DNA of 61,322 nt from Vitrella brassicaformis CCMP3155 (Eukaryota; Protista; Chromerida), in assembly GCA_001179505.1 (NCBI GenBank), contig CDMY01000512.1, positions 1 to 61,322 of the forward strand, in the 5' to 3' direction. The position numbers were made by a program, and so were the translations under genes. The notes below the pieces were generated by a model. It did not search any database, had not been told where the DNA came from, and saw only the letters and a list, made by a program, of their open reading frames with translations. Below are positions 36,028 through 46,762 of this stretch, piece after piece (position 1 is the stretch's first letter; every line of letters starts with the position of its first letter).

Positions 36028-37800
36028 TCAGTCGAGGCCCAGCGACACAAACAGCCCGGTGGTCCTATCGATGCGCCCCAGCTGTTCCCACTGAAACTGA
36101 CAATCCTGATCACCGAGGTGCTCGTTGAAGCCCTTAACCACACCCTCGACACCGTGCTGCGCCGCCTCGTCCAGCCGGGCCCTGTGCACCACCTCACGCA
36201 CACCCGTCAGCACACCGTCAGCACCACTACGAATGGCAAAGCACTGCAGGGGCGGCCTGGACACCTTCGCGCGCTTGGCGCGCTGCTGGCCCTCCCCCTC
36301 CTCGACCTCCTGCTGCACCGGCCCCACCGGCCCTCCGACCACCTCCCTGTTGCAGCTCGACTGTGTGGCCGCCGACTTGACGAAGTGGCTGACGGCCGCA
36401 CGCACCCGGCGCCTCATCAGTGTTTCACCGATGAGGTAGTCGTCGATGGCCGCCACGGCAGCCGAGGGCTCGTACAGGAAGGCGCCGATCTTCCAGCCGA
36501 TGGCCTCTGCCTCGTGTGGTCCGAATGAGAGGTTGGAGGGGGCGGGGTAGGGGTGGGCGCCGTCGTGATGGGGGGCAAGGGGCAGCAGACGGGCGAGACG
36601 CATCGAGTGGTCACGCTGGGGGGCGAGGCCGGCATTGATGGCAGACATGACGACCTCGGACAGCTCATTCAGCACTGTCGCATACTCGGCCAGCACCAGT
36701 TGGCGTCGACGGCGGTTCTTCTCAGTGTCAGTGGGCATGCGGGCGCTGGATGGGGCCGCCCCGCCCCGCAGGAGCGTCCGGATGGCGGTCTGGTACTCGC
36801 GGATCCATCTCGCGAGCCGCTCCCTTTGGCCATCTCCCTGTTGCTGCTGCTGCTGGATGAGGGGATCGAGCCGCTCGGCAGCGATGGCGAGGGGTGTCTG
36901 GTTGGGCCGGTTCGGCCTCTCTATGTTGACGTCGTCGGGTGTGAGCTGGCGGCACAGCCACTCGAGCACCCAGGGGAGGCCGTTGCCTGCCGCCACGTGC
37001 AGTGGCGTGGCGCCCACATTGTTTGTTGCCCTAATCATCTCGGCTGCTGGGCTAATGAGGGTTAGGTACTGGCCGATGAACAGCTGGGAGAAGGCAGCAG
37101 ATCTAGCGGCGGAATGGACGAGGTTCCATCCACCACTTCTTTCAGCTGCAAGTGTGCCGTCGTGTTGGATGAGCCGACGGTAGATTGACATCAGGTTGTT
37201 CTCGTACTCGCGAGTGGCGGGAGGGGCGTCATCAGGAATGTAGGGAAGCTCCATCACCATAATTCCCCGCACGTTGGCCTGGCGCGCCAGGAGGGCCTCC
37301 ACAGCCGGCAGATTGCCCGCCGCGATGGCCACTAACACGGGGAGGGGCAAGAGGAAGCTGCCGCCTGCATTGATGTCCGCCCCGCCGTCGATGAGTGCAC
37401 TGATGATGTCACGCTGCAGCTGACGGGAGGACCACTGTGGCAGGGCGACGGGCACGCAAGAGTCATAGGCGCCGCTTGCAGTGAGGGATGGTGATTCTGT
37501 TGGGCTGTCGATGGCGAAACACAGGCAGCTGTATCGCCAGATCGGGCCTGCTGTGGTACCGCGGACGCGCAGGCTGCCGATGGCTCTCGGATCGGCCCCT
37601 TGACGTATCAGCTGTGTGACTTGGCTGACATCGGTTATGGTGCGGCGGATGCAGCCCTCCAACAGCTGCCGACTCACAACACTGACGCCCTCATCGGGGA
37701 CGATCTCGACGTCATCCAGCCCCTTGCAGCCGAGCGGCACAGCAGGAGGTGCTTGCGATGCGGAAGATCTTCCGACTGTCGTGGACGAAGGCTGGGCCAT
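36028..37800 (-). CDS. Intronless ankyrin-repeat protein of about 590 aa, resembling a lineage-expanded chromerid family
   Basis: Long uninterrupted ORF with likely start MAQPSS at 37800. Ankyrin-like segments are LIRQGADP, LIDGGADINAG, LLARQANV and GATPLHVAAGNG. The C-terminal region (SFGPHEAEAIGWKIGAFL...) has no known domain that I recognise. Confidence 0.85.
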   Translation of the reverse strand: MAQPSSTTVGRSSASQAPPAVPLGCKGLDDVEIVPDEGVSVVSRQLLEGCIRRTITDVSQVTQLIRQGADPRAIGSLRVRGTTAGPIWRYSCLCFAIDSPTESPSLTASGAYDSCVPVALPQWSSRQLQRDIISALIDGGADINAGGSFLLPLPVLVAIAAGNLPAVEALLARQANVRGIMVMELPYIPDDAPPATREYENNLMSIYRRLIQHDGTLAAERSGGWNLVHSAARSAAFSQLFIGQYLTLISPAAEMIRATNNVGATPLHVAAGNGLPWVLEWLCRQLTPDDVNIERPNRPNQTPLAIAAERLDPLIQQQQQQGDGQRERLARWIREYQTAIRTLLRGGAAPSSARMPTDTEKNRRRRQLVLAEYATVLNELSEVVMSAINAGLAPQRDHSMRLARLLPLAPHHDGAHPYPAPSNLSFGPHEAEAIGWKIGAFLYEPSAAVAAIDDYLIGETLMRRRVRAAVSHFVKSAATQSSCNREVVGGPVGPVQQEVEEGEGQQRAKRAKVSRPPLQCFAIRSGADGVLTGVREVVHRARLDEAAQHGVEGVVKGFNEHLGDQDCQFQWEQLGRIDRTTGLFVSLGLD

Positions 37801-38128
37801 GATGCCGAGCCACACGCCTGAATCAATAGACGGACACAGACGCACACAAACCATCTGCATGCGATCCTTCAACTGATGCTCCTCTCTCTCTCCTTTCTCC
37901 TTTGTCCAGTCCTGGACGTACCTGGCGCTCTTTTTGTGGTTCCATCCGTCACCGGTGAGTGGTGCCCAGAGGAGGCGACTCAATGGGAACAGATGAACTC
38001 ATCGATTCGCATTCAGCAGGTTCAGGGAGCACCAGCTTCCGGCAGCGGTTTCAGGGAGCACCCTAGGCGGCCTGACGGCCAAGTGACCATCACCTTCCCA
38101 TTTGGAGCTCAAAACCATCGCATCTGGG

Positions 38129-39658
38129 ATGTTCCTCCTCGTCGCGCTGCTCCATCTGGCTGTCCTCGCCATGGCCGCCTGCCGGAGCCTCAAGGTCTGG
38201 CAAGATCTGCACATTGAGTTAACGGATGAATGGAGTACGCTCACTTGCTCTATCTGTGCTGCCTGTCCACTCACTCATCCAGGCGGATCTCCTCGGCTAT
38301 GTCGGTGCGCCTCACGTGCTCTCTGGCTTCCCTCAGCGTCCCACTTTTATGTTTGCGAGGCGGCACCTGAGACGACTGCCAGTGCTCTCCCTCCTCTCTG
38401 CTGAGGTGAGCAAGGCGCGGCAACTCACACTCACCATAAGCAAGCCATTCGGTGTGTGGTTGATCCACAGGATGCCAGCAGCAGCAGCAGCACAGTGGGT
38501 GATGACGGCACGCGCACCATCCGCATAGTGGAGGAGGAGTACCAGAAGGAGAAGGGCGAGCAGGAGGCCAGACGGGAAGAGAGGGAGAAAACCGTCCAAG
38601 TCGAGGCAGAGCAGGAGAAAGTGGTCAGCCACTTGCTAACACCCACCCCACGCCCCCCACACACGCGCCTGAATGTGTGTGTGTTCAGCTGACCGACCAG
38701 GAGTGGTTTGTCCGTCACGCGTCTGAAGGCGATGAGTCGGCCGTTCAGCAGTGGCTGGAGCAGGGCCTCAATCCAAACAGGTGCCGCGATGAGGACGGCC
38801 GGACGCCGCTGCACGCCGCCGCGGAGGGGGGCCACCTGAGGCTCACGCAGGTCATGCTCGAGAGCGGGGCCAGCACAGACGTCCAATCATGGGTGGGTGG
38901 GTGGGTGGGTGGGTGGGTGGAAGAGAGGACACGAGAGGATGTTCTTCACTGTCGTCCATTGGTTGGTATGTTGGTTCAGCTGGGCAACACGCCTCTGCAT
39001 TCAGCGGCCGTGAAGGGTCACCTGGACATCGTGAGGCTGCTCGTCGACCACGGCGCAGACGTCAACATGCCCACTGCGGTCAGCACACGATGTCACACAC
39101 GTTCACCGAGTGGCTCAGCCGTACACGTACGTGGTTCATGAGTGATCTACCAGACTGGTGGGTGGACGCCGCTGCAAAAGGCGTGTGTCAGTGGGCAGCT
39201 GGAGGTGGCCTCGTTCCTACTCGAAAAGAGGGCAGACCCCAACTCGAGATCAGACGTACGCACACGACCAGCTGTTGTCGCCCTGATTAATGTACAATGG
39301 TTATGATGTCTGCATGCGCTCTCTCTCTTTCTCTGTGTGTGTGTGTGTGTCAGGAGGGATGGACGGCCCTTGACGTGGCGGCGCTGGAGGGCTTCGCCGA
39401 GATAATGGGACTCCTGCAGACACGGGGGTGAGCCGAGCACGTGTCCGCCCTCCCTGACTGTGTTCCTGACTGTTTCCGTCTGTCTGTGCGTGTGTGTGTG
39501 TGTGTGTGCGTGTCAGTGCTGTGTTGTCGTCGGCGGGTATTTTCAAGGAGCAGAAGGACATCAGCAATGAGGTGCGGGGGCTCTTGAAGGAGGAGGACGC
39601 GCGCAAGAGGGAGGGGCGGCCGAACGAGGGAAGACCCTCCATCATTGTTGACGAATGA
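38129..39658 (+). CDS. Multi-exon ankyrin-repeat protein; possible N-terminal signal-like exon supplied by the repeat at 38146-38293
   Basis: Clear ankyrin repeats GRTPLHAAAEGGH, GNTPLHSAAVKGHLDIVRLLVDHGADVN, GWTPLQKAC and GWTALDVAALEG. Exons 38129-38194, 38283-38405, 38471-38620 and 38689 onward all join in phase 0. The stop is at 39658. Confidence 0.8.
38146..38293 (+). repeat. Dispersed repeat, copy 1 (inverted relative to 50907-51050)
   Basis: Manual alignment to the reverse complement of 50907-51050 shows about 14 mismatches and one 4-nt gap over about 148 nt. Confidence 0.92.
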
Positions 39659-40030
39659 ATGAGGGATGTTATACATACATACATACATACATGGATGGAT
39701 GGATGGATGGATCAGCCGAGTGGCTGCATGGGTGGGTGGGTGGTGGCGTGTGTTCGCTTTGGGATGGGTCATATGTTGACACTTATTCACGCTGTTCTGC
39801 TGCCTTTTTGGGTCAATAAGGCAGCAGAATGGTCATGGACTGAACATATTATGAATGAACCACGTCAGTCTCTTTTGATCTATCCATCAGGCAGGCTTAG
39901 TTGTGGGTGCCTCTCCTCAACCCCTTGAGCTCGAGACTCGGCGAGGCGCTTGGGGGCATGTGGGGGCCCAGTCTCCCAGTTGGCAGGCCCATCCCGGGCA
40001 ACGAGGACGTGCTTTGTTCGGCTCGTCATC

Positions 40031-43000
40031 ATGGCTTTTCGCATGGTGCGCTTCGAAGACCTCGACTTTGACGAGAAGAGGGACTTCTTGGGCACCTATC
40101 CCGGGACATCAGGAGTGGTGTACAAAGCGATGTGGCATACCGCAAAGGGGTCCCGGCCGGTGGCCATCAAAGTCCCGTCGCGGGATATGTTTGATGAGTG
40201 CCAGGGCAGCTATACCGTAAGGAGCCGTAAGCGAGAGACAGCCAGTGTACTGACAGAATGGATTTGCTTGCCTGCAGAGGATGAAAGAGGCGGTTGCGAA
40301 GGAGAACTTCTTCCATCTGGATCACCCGAATGTTGTCAAGATACATGTAAGTGATGCACATCAAAACGTGTCACTCTTTCTTCTGTCTCACGTCAGGGCC
40401 TCAGTAGGCCGGAAGTGTTGGATGAGAACACTGGAGACATCAAGCTTACGAAATGGGGCTGCATAGTGGTGATGGATCTATATACTGGCGGTACACTTCG
40501 CACCTACCTGATCATAAAGAGGATGAGAAGAGAAAAAGTACTTGCCGCACAGCACCCGTAGCGTCTGTTTGGGTACCATCTGTCTTCATTTCATGCAGAT
40601 TCCGGATCACATACGCGACAAGCTCATTGCGCAGGTCTTTCGATCCAAACACGCACCACACTGACCTTCGTCTCTCCCCTTCTTTGCCTGAGCGACATGC
40701 AGATTTGTGAGGGCTTGCAGTATATTCACTACAACAAGATTGTAAGCGAGATATCAGATTGAGATAGCAATCACCTTCCCTTTCATGTGTCAGATTCATC
40801 GCAACTTGAAACCCGAAAACATCATGGTCCGTAGACACTGAGTCGTTGGAGGTTGTGAGGGTGAGCAGTGATAATTTGTGTATGGATGCAGCTGTCGGAA
40901 AAGGATGAAAACCTTTTCGATGTCAAAATCGCCGGCTTTGACTCGGCGGCCAGAAGTGCGATGCCCATACCTGAGGATGCAGTCGGGCTAGGCACACTTC
41001 AGTACAAGGCTCCCGAGGCCTTCGATCAAAGTAAACGCCCAAGGATGGATGCGTTGACGTGACATCATGTCTCCATGATTTGTGCTGGGCAGACCGCGAG
41101 ACCCTCCCTCTTGAGGTGGACATCTGGTCGCTTGGTCGGAAGGGCGGGAAGGCTGCAAAACATGACAGAGGAAAGAGCCCCTATTTCGATTGTAGGCTGC
41201 ATCATCGCCGAGCTTCATGGCATGGACACCCCCTTCAAGGAGCTCGGCAAGCAGGAGTCCAAAATCAAGAATGCGGTGGTCAACAGAAGACAGGTGAGAA
41301 CACTGCAACCCTACAGTCTTGCATAAAGTATGAATCGACAAAATCTCGCCCTGATGCTTACTTGTCAGATTCCAGATATTCCTGATTTCCCCGACAAAGA
41401 AGCCCTCAAGGTCTGCTGCGTCACAATGCGCATACGAGAATAGTTACTGCATTTCTGTCCCATGTGCAGAGATGTTTTGCGTATGAGCCGTCTGATCGTC
41501 CGTCGGCGATGGAGGTGCACACGCATATCAAAAGCTAGAGCCGATTTCACTCAGAGTGTGTCCCTTTTGGTCGCCCAGCTTCTCGACGCGCTCAGCATTC
41601 GCCGTCAAGGTGCAGGTCAGCCAGCCGTCGCAGAGATCGAGCCAGCGCCTTTGCAGCAGCCAGGTCTGTGCCTACGCACAAAGGGAATGTCAGACCCAAT
41701 GACTTGTCTGTGTTACGATAGCCGTCAAAGCACCGAACGACGCATCACGAGAGCAAATCAAATCCGTGAGAAGACAATGAGACACGGGAGACACAGCACG
41801 ACTGTGTCATTTTGATGCGGCAGACGGACATAGTCGAGTCGAAAATGAAGAGAATGAAGATGTGTGACATGGAATTCAACATCACACTGTTCATCCAGCT
41901 TTTGACTTTGGCCGAGGTGGGGTGGATGAACTATGTCAGTCATGCATGATGTACTACCGGATGACTCTCTGCAGGACATCTGGGCCATTCTCGTGGTGGA
42001 TGAGGTACACGGGGGGTGATGCTTCCAGCCACTCTAGCATCAAGTTTACCCTTGTTGCAGGACTATCCATGGGTCCTGTTTCTTGTCTTCACGGGGCTCG
42101 CCATCGTCACGGCCCTCATTGAGGAGATCCTGGAGGACGGCCAAGGGAAGGTTCGCTTCGTCTGCACGCTTCCAGGCATCCGAAGCTGGTTGCACGATAA
42201 TGTGAAGAAAGCCGCCATGACCCTCATGCCCAGTTCTGTCTCCTCTTCGGCCTCACGTAATTGTGCGCACACGAAAATATCTCCGTGTCTTGTTCTTGCT
42301 TGTTGCCTTCTTGCCTGCAGGACCCTTGGCTCGGCTGGACTTGGGGCTCATTCCGTTTTCTTTGCCATCGCATTCTTCACACAAGCCCTGGCGACTTGCC
42401 TGCCGCTACAAGACTACTTTGTCTGTGTGAAGGAAGCCCCAGCCGGAGAGGCCGAGAAAGAGGAATCGAGACCGTTGTCAGAGGCAGTTAATGCTCTGCT
42501 GGGCCAGCTGGACCAACAGATCCAAAACAAACAAGTGACGATCACTTCAGACGGGGTCGAGAAACGGTACTCTCTTGAAGGAGGTACGTGTCTCTCAATC
42601 GGGCGATACTTGCATGGCTTTCAGCTACCTCCTCTTGAAGTGTACATGTGTCGATGATCTCTGTCAGATGTACACGAGGCACGACGAGTGCACGCACAGA
42701 AACGGAAGAATACCTTGGACTTTATGTATGACCTCTTGAAAGACGCAAATGTTGATATGAGGTTCAATCAAGTATATGAAGGAGAGAGGGCCGTCTCTAT
42801 AGAGGAAGGGACAGAGAACGAGAGCAAGGAGGGAGAGGCTGCCAAGAGGTGGGTGGCTGGGGGGCTGTTACAAGATACGACGCAGACTCTCTGTGTGTTT
42901 CAGCAAGCTGTCTGGCTTACAATCGTCCGAATCCAATGAATCCGAGAACATCGACGTCGTCATCCATGAGCATAACACACACTTAACCCCCTCGCCACCA

Positions 43001-44331
43001 AACTCGGCGCAAGAGAAGACCAACAACGAGATCCCACGCACGAGAAGATCACCGTCAGGGAACTCATCTTAAGATTTGCACTGCATAAAAGGATGCTCGA
43101 CTCGCACAGGATGGCCGAAGAGGCAGCCAAAAGCTATCGCTACACCGGTGGAGTGGTGCTGGTGGTGGGGTTTACTATTTTCGCGTCAGTCGTCCCCCTC
43201 CCATACATCCCCTTCAAAGACGAATCACCCTTGCGATCAACTACATTTGACATGTACTCGTGACCCTATCTAGATATGTTTACACCTGTCTCTGTCTTTC
43301 TTTGTTCAGTGCCTTGACCAGTTATATCTGTTTATTCACCTTCGCAATTGGCATTCTCATTGATGGAATGAGGGAGCACATTGGAAGCCCGAAAAGAGTG
43401 GAGCTCGAGCTGTTGGCAGAATTGTTCTCAAAGTCGGGACTCGAAGACAGCCTTGTCCCCCAGGTGAGAACCTTTCAATACGCCTCCAAAATCATGCCGT
43501 CTGTCTTGTCGTTTCCATAGATTGCAACAACACTGTCCCTAGAAGGGCTCAAGAGAGCTTATGTAATTGAAGTTCAATCATTCAGTCCCCATTCGTAGTG
43601 TGTCGCTACCCTTGTGTGCGGTGCACTGCAGGAAAAGCCTTTCATGGCGATTCATTCCTGCATCGACTCTTCAATTACATCGGAGCTGCTTATGCCTTTG
43701 TGTTCCTCCTCGGACTGCCAGTCGTCGGCATACCGGATGTATGGTTTATGAGGAAGCATTCCTCTGGTCTGTATGAGAAGATCTGGAGCATAATTGCGAT
43801 GGTGGCGATTGGCCAACAATACATCAAGTGGATCTGTCAGTGGGGAACTGGTCGCGCCACACGAGCGGCGGATGTGCAAAAAACAGACGACCCCATGTAT
43901 GTGTACACAAGATCGTAGTAAAAGGAACATGATTATTTGTGTGTCTCTTACAGGATTGACTGCTGTTTCAAGTGCTCGTACCTGACCAATTTCATTTTGC
44001 CTGTCGCGGTCGTCTGCTGTGATCTTCCGGGTGGGCTTACACTCAATTGTCCATGTCTCATGTGTCCCATGAATCTCTAATGGCAGGCCTTCTCTGTGCA
44101 TGCCTTCGTGTGCGCCTGACGGAGGATGAGCGTCAGCGGGAGCTGTTTGAAGAGGTGAACAGGCGGATTTGACAAACGCCTTCTCACGAGCCACGTGCGT
44201 GTTCACAGATGAAGAAGTATTTCGCGTATGCGTCCATGCTGTCGATAACTGCGGCCGCGATACTCCTCTACTGGGGGGCGCTTTTCCTATGGCAAGACGA
44301 GGTCCAGGAAGCAATGGAAGCAATGGATTGA
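40031..44331 (+). CDS. Protein-kinase-fold pseudokinase followed by a multi-pass membrane region (multi-exon; junctions near 42.2 kb and 42.85-43.07 kb ambiguous)
   Basis: VAIK, LDHPNVVK, IHRNLKPENIM, KIAGFD, GTLQYKAPE, DIWSLGCII and DRPS. In-frame GT-AG exons continue into several hydrophobic segments (YPWVLFLVFTGLAIVTALI, VVLVVGFTIFASVV, YICLFTFAIGILI, IGAAYAFVFLLGLPVV, AAAILLYWGALFLW). Confidence 0.7.
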
Positions 44332-45337
44332 TAGTCAAATAAGCAGGCAGGAAGGGAGAGGTCTTTCATTATGTCTTCATGCCTTTGGGCTTTCGTGTTT
44401 GGGAAATTCATGGGCGATTTTTTCTCCGTTGGTCATCGTCTTGTGAGACACAACGGGGTGGCACAAAATGAGCGCAGTGCCGATGCTTTGACTGGACAGA
44501 TGTGCGCAGGGTTAAGCCATGCGTTTGCATCTTACAATGCCACTCGAGGGCTGCTCAGCAGGTGTCGATAGCATGTGTGCGTGTGTCGATTGCTCTCATC
44601 CGAGACATAGAAGTAGACCTTTGCATTAATATTGTCCGTCCACGGTGAATAGTGTCACACACTCACAGGCAAAAGCCCCCCTTCTGCCACCACCATACAG
44701 ACCACCATCGTCCCTCTGGTGTCCCCCTACACACCCACACTCGGGACACACAGATGGAGTGAGACTATATTGGGTGTGTGTGGCATAGCCTCCGAAAAAA
44801 TCGATACGATTTTCTGCACACAGCACTGATGCACTCGATCCATAATAAGATTAGTGACACAGAGTGATAATAAGAGTCATGACTACGGCTGAGCACTCTC
44901 CCTCCCTCCCTCTGTCTGTCAACGAAGACACAAACAAGCGGAGCCGAAGTACACAGAGACGCATTGCACCAAAATGTGCGAACACAAATAGGCATACAGA
45001 CAGCCGGCCAACAGCGAGACGCTCATACATACTGAGACACCACATAAATACAAATGGGAACCTGGTGAACCGACACAAACACATGTGCAGACAGACCGTC
45101 ACCACCACGAGCTGAGATGGGCATCTGTCGTCCCTGTGGTGTCTTTGCACGACAGACCGACACAGCCTTCATGGACCCCTCCCCTCCCCTCCCCTCCCCC
45201 TGCGGTCACGCATCCACCCATCCATCCATCCATCCGTCGCCTCTCCATCTCTCTCTCTCTTTCATTTCCCCATGCGTATGCACGATCTCATGAGCCAGAC
45301 GGCTTCTGAAGCGGACGGCCCGCCCTACCCCTATTCC

Positions 45338-45637
45338 NNNNNNNNNNNNNNNNNNNNNNNNNNNNNNNNNNNNNNNNNNNNNNNNNNNNNNNNNNNNNNN
45401 NNNNNNNNNNNNNNNNNNNNNNNNNNNNNNNNNNNNNNNNNNNNNNNNNNNNNNNNNNNNNNNNNNNNNNNNNNNNNNNNNNNNNNNNNNNNNNNNNNNN
45501 NNNNNNNNNNNNNNNNNNNNNNNNNNNNNNNNNNNNNNNNNNNNNNNNNNNNNNNNNNNNNNNNNNNNNNNNNNNNNNNNNNNNNNNNNNNNNNNNNNNN
45601 NNNNNNNNNNNNNNNNNNNNNNNNNNNNNNNNNNNNN
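45338..45637. other. Assembly gap (300 N)
   Basis: Run of N in the sequence, next to a G/C-rich low-complexity tract. Confidence 1.
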
Positions 45638-46606
45638 GGGCGCCCCGCCACCTCCGCCGCCCCCTCCCCCTCCAGCTCCCCCGCTACCTCCTTCGCCACC
45701 TCCACACCCTCCCAAGTTCCCCCGACGGCTGCTCGGTGCGGCCATGCTCGCGCTCAATGTCCCACCGCCATGGGATTCGTACCCGCCAAGGAGTTCCCGT
45801 CGAGGCCCCGTCGCGGCAGCCGCGGCTGAAATGGCGTCAGGTCGGTCAGTCTGAGCCTCAAGGTCAGCCTGAGCCTCAAGGTCGATGGCGTCGAGGTCGC
45901 CAATGCCCCTCACGACGACGTCAACGCCGCCTGTCGCAGCCAGCACCTCGATGGCCTCCAAGTCCTCCTCAATGCTCACCAACAGCACAGATATCTCGTC
46001 GCCGATCTCAGCACCGAAGGCCGCCTGAAATGCGGCGATGCTGGCGTTGACTTCGGCCACAAACGCGTCGGCACCGGCGATGAATTCGGGGCTGTACGGG
46101 CTCTGCTCTCTGGTGGTCTTGGCGAGGCGGCCCTTCTTAAGTTTGCTGACCGCCTTGCGCACCTTGTCAACGGTCAGCCTGGCGGCCCTCTTCCTCTCGT
46201 CTTGCTCACTGTCCTCGCCTGCACACACACATACACACATCGGCCGATAACGCGGTAGAGATACAGATAGGGGGCACCATTGCGTACCAGCAGCAGCGGT
46301 GTCATGGGCCTGCTCCTGGGGCTGGTTGTCTTGCTGTGGCACCTCCAGAGCCGCCAAGAACTCCTCAAACTGCCAAATAAGGCGCCACACACATGCGCAC
46401 TCCATGCATGTCCGTCTGTCCGTCCGTCCGTCCGTCCGTCTGCGTGTCTGTCCCACCTGCTGCTTGAGGGCATCGATAGGGCCGCCACCATCATCTGCTG
46501 TCCGACGCTCATCGACTGCAGGTGCCGCAGCAGCAGCCGTGTGTGTGGGGCAGGCCAACAGCAGCAGGAGGGAGGCAATCGACAGGTGGGCGCTCGTAAG
46601 CTTCAT
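45638..46606 (-). CDS. Secreted orphan protein with an acidic helical core and a Gly-rich tail running into the gap (3' end unknown)
   Basis: MKLTSAHLSIASLLLLLACPTHTAAA signal peptide. Two introns (near 46370-46460 and 46215-46290). The coding-like exon ends in GGGEGGSGGAGGGG at the gap. Confidence 0.65.
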
Positions 46607-46762
46607 GATTCAGACGTCAGGATTTGTTTGTGAAAGAGGCTGCGGAGATCACGGTGCCTGACCTGTACGCTGTGCGCGGGTTTTGCCGTTTGGTCGAGTC
46701 GAGAAGTCTCGACGCGAGCTGGAGACGCATGAGACGGATTTCTTTGTTTTTTCAAGCTCCAA

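Noticed and set aside
38021-38062. 13-bp direct repeat TTCAGGGAGCACC twice, 29 bp apart, CRISPR-like at first glance
   Set aside because: Only two short units, no cas genes and a eukaryotic context. It is a local micro-duplication.
39658-40031. Possible ankyrin-kinase fusion into one gene
   Set aside because: The ankyrin exon reaches a stop at 39658, and the candidate donor and acceptor I tried enter the wrong frame for the kinase.
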